A DNA stretch of 64,000 nt, from the NCBI GenBank assembly GCA_001661245.1, contig KV454012.1:950848-1014847 (forward strand), in the 5' to 3' direction. Numbering within the stretch: position 1 is the stretch's first letter; each line of letters opens with the position of its first letter. Both the position numbers and the translations under genes were made by a program. Positions 42,160-54,084 of the stretch are shown piece after piece. The DNA is from Pachysolen tannophilus NRRL Y-2460 (taxonomy: Eukaryota). A model generated the notes under the pieces. The model saw nothing but the letters and a program-made list of their open reading frames with translations. It was not told where the DNA came from and did no database searches.

Positions 42160-45100
42160 TCAAACAAAATAGCTTTTCCACAAGACTCCTTCAAGGTCTT
42201 GTAATTCTTCTTCAGTGAAAAATTTACTGTCAATGTGCCAAGTATCTTTTCTATTTTTCTTGAAATCACTTAATGTATTCTTAGCTGATTTTCCAACAAT
42301 TCCAGAAAGGTTAGAAGACTTATTAGCCAAAGTTGTTAATATACTTGGTAACCATTTAGGGATTGGAGAAACATAAGGGAATGCTTTTACTAATGCACCT
42401 AAACCTAAAGTAGCACCATGTAGTTTTATTGAAATTTCATTATTGTTTTCATTTTTATTCAATGTCTTTCTATATTTGTTTAAAATTTTGGTAAAACGAT
42501 TAATACAATACTCAATTCTTTCATCGATTTGGTCCTCAGGTGTTATATGAATAATACCTGTGAATGTATTTGCCGCACTCTCTCTAACTTCCAATGTTTC
42601 GTTAAATAATAATTTGTAAATAAATTCAAAAATCAAAGAGTGTTGATCTTTGGTTAATGATAAATATTTTTTAATATAAAAAACTTGAGCAAATGTCAAT
42701 ACTAAAATGGTACTATGCCAAGTAGCTGTAGAAGAATTAAAACCCACAATAAGATTAATAATTTCTTGATTTTGGTCTATCCTATAAGGAATCTGAGCAA
42801 TTAATACAAAAACGCTCAGAGGACTAATATTTGCTAATTTACAAACATCCCTCATTTGTCCTAGTTTTAAAAGAAATGGGAAAATATAATCTTTCATATA
42901 AGGTACCAAACTAACTGAGGATGAAGAAACCATTATATGTTTCAAAAAATATAAAATTGTTCTTGACTTGTTGAAATAACTTGATTTAATAATTTCTTGA
43001 ACACTCAAATTTTCAATATCAATCCTTAATTTCTCGATTTCCACAAAAGTTGTAATAAGTTTCTCCTCAATGTAGCCATCAATTTTAAAAGGTAACATTC
43101 CTAACGACAATTTTTGTTCATTATTTGTTTCAAAATAACTTTCACTATCAGGAAATGGATCAATTAAGTTAACTATAAAGAGAACACATATTAGTGTACC
43201 AATCTGCTCCCGGACATATCTATAAGGATGATCCAAATTACTGAAACATTCTTCAATGGCACGTTTTCTCTCTGGAAATCTCCAAGAGGTAACAGTTGCA
43301 AATGATTTAACAAAAGATAATTTAGTCGCTTCTTTGAAGGCTGAATCAGTATCACGGTTGATCTTAAAATCAAGTAACACCTTAATGACGTTTGGAAATC
43401 TGCGAACATCTACATGACTTGGAAGCCACCAAGAAAAAATTATCCAAACTCCAGAATTGTCTGGAGACAAATCTTTTGAGAAGATGTTCGATAGTTTCTC
43501 GGCAAGAAAATTATCTCTTAATAATTTAAGATCCTCTGTCAATGAACGAGAAGCTATCAATAATCCACAAAATAGTTCACATACTATAATCTGGTTGCCT
43601 TTTTCATCTTTGATATACAATTCATCTATAATCTCAAGAATTTCTTCAAATTTCAAGTTGTTGATATACCCATTAGCCATTAAACGAATTATGCCTGCAA
43701 TCAAAAAGACATCCGTGGAATGAAAGCTTCCATCTGACTCATTATCTTGAATTAATAGATTTAGAGTACTTTTAATCCAATCTTTAGTAACTAAATCTCC
43801 GAATTTTTTCAATACATCAACTTCTTTATCATGAAGATTCAAATCAATAAATGCTTCGTTTTTAATAACATTAATACCATCTCCCCAAAACAACCAGCTA
43901 AAATTACTTTTGTTGTCTATAAAATAATGCGGACTATCAAAATTTGACATTTCTCGATAAAATTCTTCTTTATAATTGACAATAGCACCATTAGGACGTG
44001 TATTGATCATTAGAGTCTCATTTGGAACATAATCTAAAACATAAAACCTTTCGAAATCATAATTGTAACTACTCAACAGAGAAAATTTATTATAAACTTT
44101 AGTTATACCCTTGAAGCATAATCTTGCAATGGCAGGATGCGAACTTTTCGATAATTCATGAAACTTAACTAAAACTTCAGGGTTTGTTTGAACTTCAATA
44201 TCGGTTTCAATGTTAACAAGAAATATCAAATTGTATAAATTAATTTTCCAAAACTGAGTATTATTTGTATTCTCCAATAATTGCAGAACAATTTTCTGAA
44301 TCTGCTTCAGAAAAAGTTCTCGCTTTTGATCCTTTGCTAGCTTAACTGCTCTAACTTCTAAATCAATATACGAATCAGGAGGTTTAATTGAATTAACAGC
44401 ATTGTGATCTATGACACAAACCGAGCTTGGAAGTTTGAATCCTTCAGCAATGCTTTTATAAGTAACACAAGCTAATTCGGATGTGATAACATCATCCAGC
44501 TTCATACAAGAAAGCAAAAGCAAAATTAATTCAGGGGTATGAATGAAATCAGACATTATTTTGTTTTTGATTCTTCTTAGTTGTAATAATCTCAATGTGC
44601 TTTGAATAACTTTGTAATCTTCTTTAGCAATGGCATCCCTTAAAATTTGAAAAATTTGCTTAATAATAAGAGCATAAGTACCCAATAAAGATTTAAGAGA
44701 TGAAAATAATGTTATAGAAGCAGGTTTAGCAATATCTGAATAGGCAGAAGCTGAAAGCTTAACCACATCTTTCAAAAGAATTCTATCTAAGTCAGATGTG
44801 AATCTGCTGCTAACAAATAAACCTACTCTTTGATTATGGTATTTTTCTAACCTCGCACCAAACGCCAATCTGGTAAAAGGTTTAGTTACCTTTTTAATAC
44901 ATTGAACTGACTCAATAAAATCGTATTTTATGGAGCTGTAGTTATTGTATCCCATAACTAAATCAGCACCAGCATCCGTTATCCAAATTCTGATTGTGTG
45001 CAATAAGATTTTAAAAAGTTTAGTATTATTTGGATGATTGACATTCAAAAACTCAAATACTTCATGTAGTTTGTTTCCAATTTCATTTCTTAACTCATGT

Positions 45101-48100
45101 AGCTTAACGTACTGTAAATTTTGTATTCTTGTGCTATTTTCATCTCCAAAAAAATAATGGCAAGTGTAAAGTTTTTGCTCCCTAAATGTCAAAGAAGGAT
45201 TTAATGCAGAATTATCAGAGTTGGAGGGGTGTGAAACTGATGGAGTCACTCTCCCTGATATAGGTGCTTCATCAATATTGTTGGTCTGATCATAATCCAC
45301 CAATTCGTCATCTAACTTATTAGGATCAACAATTTCGTCCTCTTCTTTCCGAATATCCTTTGATACCCCATCAAGAGATTCTTCACTATTTTCCTTCTGA
45401 TTTTGTTTGGATGAGATCAATGGTGACTTTGGATTCTGGAAATCTCCAATAACACTATATGATTCGGTTTTAGTTAGCTTTGGTGAGTCGTTTTTAGCTG
45501 CTAATTTTCTGATGTTTTTCAAAACCATCAATCTTTGTTCTAAAGATTGAAATTTAGCACCATCTTGTTCACGCAAAATTTCCCTACTAGATGGGTATAA
45601 TAGACTTGATATTCCTGCTATCCCATGAGCTAAATACAATAAGTGTAAATTGAATTTATCGGTATATTCTAAAGCTTTTGAAGTCTCTTGGATGTCTTTG
45701 ATTGATATTGACATTGATTGTTGAATGTTCTCCATTACTGTTTTTACGTGCAACTCAAAACAGCTGATAGCAAAATCGACTTCAGATGGAGTTGGAATAT
45801 GCCAATGAAATTTCAAATTTTCTCTGTTAAATCTTTCTTTGCTGAACTGAAATCCACCCCAAAATTTTTCTGTAACTTTACCATCATTTTTTAAAAGAGC
45901 TTCTTCTGAAATTAACCTATTTTCTTTCAAATTTATGCACGTTAAAGTGTTCAACATTTGATATAAAAGTATTGGAGAAATCAATGAAACAGGTCCTCTA
46001 ACCTTCTGCATAACATAAATGGATAATTCTGTTAAATCCGTTCTGTGTTGTAATAATTCTTCCCCTGCAAAACTGACTGCACCCGATAAGATAACAATAT
46101 TCCAAAGTAATGGCTGATCACGCGGCAAGATATCATCGCCCCCTCTTATGGATCCTGCACCATTTTCATCGATTTCTTCCCTAATTTTAGGAATCAAAAG
46201 TTTGATAAATTTGGAAAATTGGGTTTTAGGATCTCTTTTGACAATAGATGCAACTATAGATGCCACGGCATCTGAAACTGTATAATGAACATTATTGGCA
46301 ACATAATCATAAAATTCATTAGAAAAAGTTTCATAACAATCATCAGAAAGTGACTCCATCAAAATTTGAACGGTGCCAGGTAGGGCCTCAATAATTTTTG
46401 ATTCAACCCCGGAATTTTTACGAGGGTCTGGTAAGTTTCCCAATAAATCAAAAACCTTAGAACAAAAACTTTTTATAAAATCTTTAAATGAAGATGACGC
46501 CGAATACAAGGCCTGTTGTTCCAATTCCGGATCGTAAGGGAACTCTTCAGTATCAAAGCCTTTTGTATCAGAAACATCATTGTTACTTTTGTAAAATTTT
46601 TGCTCTAGAAAGTCCAAGTGCTGCTGTGTAAAATTCATGGCAAATATACCTCCATCGCCTGAATCATCACTCATGTCGGCAAACGGAATAAAACTGCCGA
46701 CTGAACCTATTAAATATAGAGTTTGCAATGTCTTTATTAGATCATTTGAATCAATACCTGGTAAAGCCAAGGACAATATCCTAACAACATGAACACGATA
46801 AACAGGTAATTCAACCATATAACGAGATAAAACAGATAATTCTTTTAATACAACTTTTAGTCTATGGTTTAGCATTACGTTATCTAAAGAAGAATAGCAG
46901 TCAATTAGCACCTTGTCCAATACCAACTTGGGTGCGGAATAGCATAATAGATTCAAGGCTTCAATGTAATTATTAGATATAGAATCTTTTTTCGAGTGAA
47001 TACCAACTTGAATAACCGGAATAAAAATATCCACCATTTTGGAAGTAATTTTATTGTTTAACTTAAAATCGTCATTCAAATTCGACAATGCGTTTTTATG
47101 TGTTATTCTTCCTTCACGAGGTCTTTCCATTTGAAGCCTTTTATGATATTGGGAAACAATCAATTGAATTAACTTTGAAATAGGAGAGGACCAGCTACCA
47201 GCATTGGAAGGATGAACATATGTCTTGATTGCATTAATTAACGTTGATAATGTTTCAAGGACACCATTCTCTACAAATGCTCGATCTCCAATCATTGAAA
47301 AAACTATCAAATTTGCAAAAGCTTGATAATACGTAGAAGAACGATTAGATGATTTCAAAGTCATGATATTCAAAGATTTAGATAAATTTTCCATTAAAGT
47401 TTTAAACTGAGCTTCTGTGAATATACCAAACGTACCAAATTCAAACTTTTTGTGATTATCAGGGTTAGAAGCATATTCAACTAAGGAATACTCTGCAATT
47501 CTAGATATTAATACAACTATGTGCATATCTATATTTTCCAATCTAGCAACAGTAGACCAAATATGAAATAAACTTGGAATGTAGTATCTCACATCATTTT
47601 TGTCAAAGTGTACAATTTTGTTGTCATCAATTACAAAAGATTTAAAGCTCATTGGAACTAATGCATAAAATGCACTCATCGTCATACTTCCTGTTGTTGT
47701 TGAAAATTTCGAAAATACTTTTGATGCTATGGTGGAAACAGCATCTTTATCAAAAAAAAAATTTGCATGGAAACTTAATTGAATTAATTTTCTAAAATGT
47801 TCTTTATCATAGAAATCATAATAGTAATCTGGATGTGGGAAATTAGAAATTAGCTCATCATACATGGGTTTCCAATCTAGTACCAACCCAAGCTCTTTTA
47901 AAATTTCTCTATCCTTTGTTAATAGTTGAAAGACTTCAATATACAAATCAAGATTCAAAAATTGTCCCTTTGACAAGCAAACTGCGTAATAAACTTTTGC
48001 TAAAGATGCCCTAAGCTTGAAAGGGATATCATATTTCATTTTGATCAATGTTTTCAATTCGATTGTCCAACTTCTGGTATTAATAATAGCTGCAGATTTT

Positions 48101-48789
48101 GGAGATAATTTTGTCACAGGTGTAGACCTTCCTTTATTTTCACCTTCATTTTCGTTATCATCATTTCCCTCGCTTTCATCACCAGAATCATCTTCTATAT
48201 CATCTATTGTTTCTTCAGCATTAAAATTGCTATCAAACAAATCAGTTTCTAATGCAAGATCAATATCACTAATTAAATTGTTTTTCAAAGATGCTAAATC
48301 TTTAGCACTAATCGAAATAGCACCCAGCAAATCTAATGAATTTATAGCTATATAGAGATGTGAAACAATATGCGAAAGGTATCTTGCCTTATCCTTTACA
48401 GTTTCAATATTATATGGTAAAAGACTTGGTAAATCGGGCTCATCACTTGGGTCTTTGGAGTAAAAATCACAAGATTGATCCAACTGCAATTGTGAAGCCT
48501 CTTGGTTATCCTCAGGAAAATCCAATTTATAATGATGAATCCTAGATGACTCAATCGAAAGAAAAGTCGATTGATACCTCACATCACCGCCCAGCGATGG
48601 TGTTATTGATCTGTTATTAAACTGTTGACTAGGAAGAAAAGAATCATCAGCATTGGGATTTTCACTAATAAACGCTGACGAACTCCTTGCTAAAGGTGAA
48701 TTGTACCTTGGATGAACACTCAATGACTTCCCCAAGTCTTTATTAGGTAGCCTCTTTAACGGAATTGGCTGTTTTATTCGATGATCCAT
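42160..48789 (-). CDS. BLM10: Proteasome activator Blm10/PA200 (first ATG at 48789)
   Basis: ~2200 aa; LLPYNIE, YVHPSNAGSW, LPGIDSNDLIKT, WHIPT, LHGATLGLGALVKAFPY, C-terminal LEGVLWKSYFV. Confidence 0.95.
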   Translation of the reverse strand: MDHRIKQPIPLKRLPNKDLGKSLSVHPRYNSPLARSSSAFISENPNADDSFLPSQQFNNRSITPSLGGDVRYQSTFLSIESSRIHHYKLDFPEDNQEASQLQLDQSCDFYSKDPSDEPDLPSLLPYNIETVKDKARYLSHIVSHLYIAINSLDLLGAISISAKDLASLKNNLISDIDLALETDLFDSNFNAEETIDDIEDDSGDESEGNDDNENEGENKGRSTPVTKLSPKSAAIINTRSWTIELKTLIKMKYDIPFKLRASLAKVYYAVCLSKGQFLNLDLYIEVFQLLTKDREILKELGLVLDWKPMYDELISNFPHPDYYYDFYDKEHFRKLIQLSFHANFFFDKDAVSTIASKVFSKFSTTTGSMTMSAFYALVPMSFKSFVIDDNKIVHFDKNDVRYYIPSLFHIWSTVARLENIDMHIVVLISRIAEYSLVEYASNPDNHKKFEFGTFGIFTEAQFKTLMENLSKSLNIMTLKSSNRSSTYYQAFANLIVFSMIGDRAFVENGVLETLSTLINAIKTYVHPSNAGSWSSPISKLIQLIVSQYHKRLQMERPREGRITHKNALSNLNDDFKLNNKITSKMVDIFIPVIQVGIHSKKDSISNNYIEALNLLCYSAPKLVLDKVLIDCYSSLDNVMLNHRLKVVLKELSVLSRYMVELPVYRVHVVRILSLALPGIDSNDLIKTLQTLYLIGSVGSFIPFADMSDDSGDGGIFAMNFTQQHLDFLEQKFYKSNNDVSDTKGFDTEEFPYDPELEQQALYSASSSFKDFIKSFCSKVFDLLGNLPDPRKNSGVESKIIEALPGTVQILMESLSDDCYETFSNEFYDYVANNVHYTVSDAVASIVASIVKRDPKTQFSKFIKLLIPKIREEIDENGAGSIRGGDDILPRDQPLLWNIVILSGAVSFAGEELLQHRTDLTELSIYVMQKVRGPVSLISPILLYQMLNTLTCINLKENRLISEEALLKNDGKVTEKFWGGFQFSKERFNRENLKFHWHIPTPSEVDFAISCFELHVKTVMENIQQSMSISIKDIQETSKALEYTDKFNLHLLYLAHGIAGISSLLYPSSREILREQDGAKFQSLEQRLMVLKNIRKLAAKNDSPKLTKTESYSVIGDFQNPKSPLISSKQNQKENSEESLDGVSKDIRKEEDEIVDPNKLDDELVDYDQTNNIDEAPISGRVTPSVSHPSNSDNSALNPSLTFREQKLYTCHYFFGDENSTRIQNLQYVKLHELRNEIGNKLHEVFEFLNVNHPNNTKLFKILLHTIRIWITDAGADLVMGYNNYSSIKYDFIESVQCIKKVTKPFTRLAFGARLEKYHNQRVGLFVSSRFTSDLDRILLKDVVKLSASAYSDIAKPASITLFSSLKSLLGTYALIIKQIFQILRDAIAKEDYKVIQSTLRLLQLRRIKNKIMSDFIHTPELILLLLSCMKLDDVITSELACVTYKSIAEGFKLPSSVCVIDHNAVNSIKPPDSYIDLEVRAVKLAKDQKRELFLKQIQKIVLQLLENTNNTQFWKINLYNLIFLVNIETDIEVQTNPEVLVKFHELSKSSHPAIARLCFKGITKVYNKFSLLSSYNYDFERFYVLDYVPNETLMINTRPNGAIVNYKEEFYREMSNFDSPHYFIDNKSNFSWLFWGDGINVIKNEAFIDLNLHDKEVDVLKKFGDLVTKDWIKSTLNLLIQDNESDGSFHSTDVFLIAGIIRLMANGYINNLKFEEILEIIDELYIKDEKGNQIIVCELFCGLLIASRSLTEDLKLLRDNFLAEKLSNIFSKDLSPDNSGVWIIFSWWLPSHVDVRRFPNVIKVLLDFKINRDTDSAFKEATKLSFVKSFATVTSWRFPERKRAIEECFSNLDHPYRYVREQIGTLICVLFIVNLIDPFPDSESYFETNNEQKLSLGMLPFKIDGYIEEKLITTFVEIEKLRIDIENLSVQEIIKSSYFNKSRTILYFLKHIMVSSSSVSLVPYMKDYIFPFLLKLGQMRDVCKLANISPLSVFVLIAQIPYRIDQNQEIINLIVGFNSSTATWHSTILVLTFAQVFYIKKYLSLTKDQHSLIFEFIYKLLFNETLEVRESAANTFTGIIHITPEDQIDERIEYCINRFTKILNKYRKTLNKNENNNEISIKLHGATLGLGALVKAFPYVSPIPKWLPSILTTLANKSSNLSGIVGKSAKNTLSDFKKNRKDTWHIDSKFFTEEELQDLEGVLWKSYFV

Positions 48790-49227
48790 CTCGCAATCGA
48801 ATTTTGCCTCCTTCACTTTTAACCGCTACCAATTACAAAATTATCAACGTTAACAACTCTTTTTTTTTCTTTTCTTTTCTTTTTTACCAAAAGATAACAC
48901 TGATACCAATAATTGCTATGATATAACCTTCTAATAGAATCCAAGATATCCTCAGTCTTTAGAACCAATTAATAAATAATAAATATGGAGTCGTTCTCTA
49001 ACGTTTCCAATAATTTGATAATTGTATTAAAAATAAAAGAATATGTTTAAAAATGAGGTTCTTGTTAGGCGGACATACGCCACTACTTTTCAATTTGTAA
49101 TCTACAAGAGGCAATCATCAACCAGTTAGATGAGTTAAATGAGTTAGACGACTACTTATAGAGGGTAAATATCTGATAAGATAAATTGTATTATGTAATT
49201 TTAGTTGAAAGCTAATTCAAGTATGTT

Positions 49228-52200
49228 TCATAGTTCATCATGGGTTTTTTCATTCTTGGACTTTGAATCAGTTTTAAATTGCTTATGATCAAGCAATTCG
49301 AAAATCTCGTTATCGTAAGAAGTCCATTCAGGAACTTGTCTTCTAGCTCTATCCAACTTTGGTTCTTTTGTCAAAGGATTATTACATAGATCTATTGTCT
49401 TGGCCACTTTAAGACTTTCGTCACTGCACCATGTCTCGCACCATAACCATTCTTGAGGTAACGAAAATATCTTAATTCTATGTTGCAAATTATTTGGAAG
49501 ATCTTGATCTAAGTTGGATAACGAACTTGGATCAGCAGATAAGCTTTGGTAATGTTGCCTTAAGATATCACCAGCCATTAGTTGCCTGAATCTTTTCAAA
49601 TCGATAACATATAATGCACTAATGTGATATTGTAAACCATTTTGTCCCAATACTTTATCCCAATAACCTTGCTTCCAAAATCTAAAACCTTCCATTTCTT
49701 TACGTGAATCACACATTGGAGTATAACCATAAGGTGCACCTTCTAAATCCAAATCGATCAATTCTTTTAAATCAGTACGAACAATTTGGTCTGCATCAAC
49801 AAAAATAACTTTTTGTAAATCTTGAGGAAATAATACATCTAAGAATAAAATCTTATAACCCCAAATTGTTCTTTGTTTCTCTCTTTGACCTCTTAACCAT
49901 TTTGGCCATTTATATGTGACCAATTCGTATTCAAAACCATAGTTTTCAGCCAATATTGGTAAATTTTTTTTAAATGTTGGAGACATGTAGTTTTCAATTA
50001 GCCAAAATTTAACTGTATGTTCTGTATTTTTCATAACAGAAGCAGTCATAATGCTTAAAAATCTTTCATACAAGTGTCCACTGGCAACGGTGAAAATGTT
50101 TATTTCTGCTTGCAGTTTTGGTTTATCCTGTGATTTGAAAAATCTCTTGAATAAATTTGTACCTTGTTCAATGATTCCAATATCATCATCTTCATCGCTT
50201 AAAATGGAATGTGACTCTTTGCCAATTTTTTTCTTAACTACTGGATAAATAGTTAAACCATTCAAGTTCAATATAGAAAACATAACAGAATCTTTAGAAG
50301 TTACCTTTTCATATTCTTGAATATCAGATATAAAAGTAGTATCAACGTCAACTATTTCGTAAATACTAGATGTCTTAGTATTAGGCTTTAACTTAAATTC
50401 CCATAATCCTGGGTTAGCTTTTAATTGTAAATATCCCAAGTTGGCCATAACATTGGTATCAGAGTATAACTCATCTTGTGTCAATTGAACTTGTAAACCG
50501 GTAGGAGGTTGGCCAGATTTGGAATTTAATGATACTTCTCTTGCATGTCCTTCAACCAAAATATTTTTCAATTCGTATATTCCACTTACATCACCAGTAT
50601 TGTCTAGTTTGACATTATCCAAATCTGATATTGCTTCTTTAATGGTGACAATCCAAGAAGATGGAACATCCAAATCTAACGTGAAAAGAGTCTTTTCAGG
50701 CACTTGTTTGAAAACTCCTCTATTTTCATCATTCAAATATATATAGTCTCCATTTTCGTCAAAGTTAACACCAGTTTGATATACACCTCTATAGAATCTC
50801 TTAATTTCAATATTTTCCAAAGTCTTCAATGGCTTTAAAGCAATTTTAATGTTAAGAAAATCTTTATCAAAGCTATTGAATACTTTTACTAATGAAATTA
50901 ATTTTTGTGAAAGTTCATTAATCGGTTGAATCACAACAGTAATGTCTATTAATGAATTTTCAATATATGGTCTAACAGGAATAATAGTATTTTCTCTGAT
51001 TAAAGATAAATCATATCTAGGAATTGGAGAGTTGAAATATATACTAGAATCTTCATCGTCATTATCATCTTTATAATAAGTTTTAGTTATTTGGGTTGAC
51101 AAGAGTTCAAACCAAGTATATTTTTCAATTCCAGTGTTTTTTTCAACATCAAACTGACCTAAATTATCATAAATCATCCCTAATCTACTGTCAACTTCAT
51201 AATTTATGAATAGTTCCAAGTCATCAAAGGATAAAATATCGGTTTCATCATTAATTTTTAATACTCTACCATTTAATATAACGTAATAAGAAGAATCTTC
51301 TTTCAACAAAGTACTTAAACCGTATAATTTCTTAATTTTTGATAATTTAGCTGGATCGATCTCTGAAAGATTTACATCTTTTTGGGAACTGTTTATTTGT
51401 TCAATCAAATATTCTTCGGCTTCTAATCCAACAGTATTATATTTTTCTTTGAAATGATTGAAGATGGATTCTCCTTTACCAATATTGATATAATTCAATT
51501 TCAAATTTCCTGTTACAGTTATCACCTTAAGTAAGTGCAAAAACTGGGTTAAACATTTCTCTGATTCAAAATCACCGATAAACCACAAAGTTTTCAAAAC
51601 CGATTCATCTGCAATATTGCTTGTGATTTGACCAATCTGATCTTCTTCTAATAATTTCTGATACTCTTCAAAATTGAGTTTTTTATAAATAGCTGGTGTT
51701 TCCAGATCCAGAGAATCAGGAATGATAAATGTATTTCTACCCTTGTCTGCATCACTAAATAAAAAGTCTTTTAAAGGAGTTGTCTTTCTAATTTCTTTGT
51801 TTTTCAAAGCTTCAGAAAGCTTTAAAACATCAAGATAAATTTGGGTAGCAATATACATTTGCCATTGTTGACCAAAACTATAAAAAACTCCATTAACTAA
51901 AATTTGTGGTTTATTGATTGAAAATTTTTTTAAAAACTTTTCATTCAGAAGTAATAATTTCTTCAATTGTTCATCAAATTCTTCTGGAATATCCAGATTT
52001 TCAATTATTATATCTGTAAGAGGTAGTTGACCATTTTCTTGGATACTCTGCATCAACTCTTCATTAACTTGTTGTAAATAACTAAAAGCTTGCCTCAAAC
52101 CTTCAGCATGAAGTAAATATAAAAATTGTTTTGTAATGATCAAATCTCTCTCATTTTTAATCAATGGAATAATACCAACTTGCTGAGGAATCATATTTTG

Positions 52201-53748
52201 TAAAATCATTTGAGAAAACTGAAGAAAATAATAAACTTGAATAGGATCAGAAAAACTGACTATAAAAACGGTATCATGAACATTTTCTTTCAAATTTGGA
52301 ACTTGACCTGGTTGAATTTGTTTAGTAACATAATCTTTCCTAGTTCTTTTCAAATTTGCATACATTGGGTCTTTTTCTATATCGTTCACATATATGATAA
52401 CGTCTTGACTATCCCTAATATCATAACGTTTTTTGGAAGATGAACCTTTAGTCTTCAATAAACTATGATATGCAAAAGAATTTATTAAATTTTTTGACTG
52501 AAATGGATTTAATCCCAAATTCATCAAATATTTTATTATTGACAGTTCTTTAGAAACATATTTCAAAATTCCATGTAAATTTAAAGAAAAATCATCTAAT
52601 GGGAATCCATTTATATATAAACCTGGTGGGGCCACTGTTTCAGATTCCAACAAATCCAGAACGGTATCATTATCAAGAGTATCTAATTCAGATAAATGAG
52701 AAGCATATTTAGGGAAATCTTGTAATAAAATATTCAAGATTTCATAATTTTCAGTTCCATTTCCTGAGTAGTTTAAAACATAATCAGCAATTTTTAAATC
52801 CAAATCATCAATCTTACTAACTGGTTTGATATCTTCCATATATTGTTCCCAAAAATTCTTTGAAACAACATTATCAGAAATTTTACCCTTAATCTGATCA
52901 GTAGATGCCTTACGTTGATTATTTCTGTCATCAATTACAATATAATCAGTTCTTTTCAAAGTCAAATCCACTCCATATCCTGATAATTCTTCATAACAAA
53001 AATTTTCTTGGTCTCGTTGTTCTTGTTGTTGTTGTGGCAAATATCTCCAAATAAATCTTAATTTATCTGCTTGAACAAATTGATATAAATTGTAAAACAT
53101 TTTCCTAAATTCTGAGGAATCAACTGTACCGTATAATATAAGCACAGGGCCTTCATTATCCCCAATTACTCTATCAAATGGTAAAATAACATCACTCTGA
53201 GACTTCTTATCAGTTATTATTGCAAACAAATCATCTGCAGAACAATATAACTCATCATTGAATAATACAAACGATTTTGGTATTTCACCATTACCACCAG
53301 AACATTTCTCAACAAGTTTTTCTCCATATTTCGGTAACACATCTGATTTAAAAAATTGATAATGAGATTGAACCCTTGGAGTGAAAAACTTATTCGCCAA
53401 GTAAAGCTCCATAATGCGACGATCACTTTTATCAACAAGATCTAACGATACCTCGTACAATTTTGAATCAGAAAGCACTTTTAAATTATCATCATCATCA
53501 AATTCTTCTTCTGCAGCATTGTTTAAAGGAATTTGTAAAAAATTCGATACCAAACTCAAATACGCACTCTCATTTAAAGAACTAACAGTCTCCAATAAGT
53601 TCAAATGAAATGGTGTTCTCAACCAAGTACTTTCCAATTGAACATCAACCAAATGATCATTACCTCCATCAATTATTTTTCTTGCACAAGCATGTGTCCA
53701 CAAGCAATTGAACAAAACCGTAAAAACTACCACAAGAAAATACCTCAT
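49228..53748 (-). CDS. UDP-glucose:glycoprotein glucosyltransferase (UGGT, GT24; Kre5 homologue)
   Basis: Signal peptide, LSGYGVDLTLKRTDY, MANLGYLQLKANPG, INIFTVASGHLYERF, FVDADQ, LDQDLPNN, WLWCETWC, terminal HDEL. Confidence 0.95.
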   Translation of the reverse strand: MRYFLVVVFTVLFNCLWTHACARKIIDGGNDHLVDVQLESTWLRTPFHLNLLETVSSLNESAYLSLVSNFLQIPLNNAAEEEFDDDDNLKVLSDSKLYEVSLDLVDKSDRRIMELYLANKFFTPRVQSHYQFFKSDVLPKYGEKLVEKCSGGNGEIPKSFVLFNDELYCSADDLFAIITDKKSQSDVILPFDRVIGDNEGPVLILYGTVDSSEFRKMFYNLYQFVQADKLRFIWRYLPQQQQEQRDQENFCYEELSGYGVDLTLKRTDYIVIDDRNNQRKASTDQIKGKISDNVVSKNFWEQYMEDIKPVSKIDDLDLKIADYVLNYSGNGTENYEILNILLQDFPKYASHLSELDTLDNDTVLDLLESETVAPPGLYINGFPLDDFSLNLHGILKYVSKELSIIKYLMNLGLNPFQSKNLINSFAYHSLLKTKGSSSKKRYDIRDSQDVIIYVNDIEKDPMYANLKRTRKDYVTKQIQPGQVPNLKENVHDTVFIVSFSDPIQVYYFLQFSQMILQNMIPQQVGIIPLIKNERDLIITKQFLYLLHAEGLRQAFSYLQQVNEELMQSIQENGQLPLTDIIIENLDIPEEFDEQLKKLLLLNEKFLKKFSINKPQILVNGVFYSFGQQWQMYIATQIYLDVLKLSEALKNKEIRKTTPLKDFLFSDADKGRNTFIIPDSLDLETPAIYKKLNFEEYQKLLEEDQIGQITSNIADESVLKTLWFIGDFESEKCLTQFLHLLKVITVTGNLKLNYINIGKGESIFNHFKEKYNTVGLEAEEYLIEQINSSQKDVNLSEIDPAKLSKIKKLYGLSTLLKEDSSYYVILNGRVLKINDETDILSFDDLELFINYEVDSRLGMIYDNLGQFDVEKNTGIEKYTWFELLSTQITKTYYKDDNDDEDSSIYFNSPIPRYDLSLIRENTIIPVRPYIENSLIDITVVIQPINELSQKLISLVKVFNSFDKDFLNIKIALKPLKTLENIEIKRFYRGVYQTGVNFDENGDYIYLNDENRGVFKQVPEKTLFTLDLDVPSSWIVTIKEAISDLDNVKLDNTGDVSGIYELKNILVEGHAREVSLNSKSGQPPTGLQVQLTQDELYSDTNVMANLGYLQLKANPGLWEFKLKPNTKTSSIYEIVDVDTTFISDIQEYEKVTSKDSVMFSILNLNGLTIYPVVKKKIGKESHSILSDEDDDIGIIEQGTNLFKRFFKSQDKPKLQAEINIFTVASGHLYERFLSIMTASVMKNTEHTVKFWLIENYMSPTFKKNLPILAENYGFEYELVTYKWPKWLRGQREKQRTIWGYKILFLDVLFPQDLQKVIFVDADQIVRTDLKELIDLDLEGAPYGYTPMCDSRKEMEGFRFWKQGYWDKVLGQNGLQYHISALYVIDLKRFRQLMAGDILRQHYQSLSADPSSLSNLDQDLPNNLQHRIKIFSLPQEWLWCETWCSDESLKVAKTIDLCNNPLTKEPKLDRARRQVPEWTSYDNEIFELLDHKQFKTDSKSKNEKTHDEL

Positions 53749-54084
53749 CTTCTCAAACTTCTCAAGCTTTTCAAACTTCTCAAGCTACACACAATATATC
53801 AACCCAGCTTCCTCCAGAGACTTTTTTCTATTCATCAACTTAAAAGTCGAGTTTATTATCTTTTGAAAAGTTTCCAATTCACTTTTCCGCCAGTAGTGCT
53901 GGAAAATTCAAAAATGGTATCTTAAAACCGTTAAGTTAAACTTGAAAGGAAGAGATGAGAACCAATTGATTGGAATGATATTGATTGGAAGAGTTTAGAA
54001 GAGTGGTTTGAGAAGGGTTTTTCTTTTGGTAAAGTTATTGATTGTTGTATATTGATTTCTTTGGATTTAGTGGGATTTTCATAA

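Noticed and set aside
42160..42175. Blm10 ends in YFV instead of the S. cerevisiae YYA
   Set aside because: A penultimate Phe is, as I recall, a common variant among fungal Blm10 proteins, so it is not unusual.
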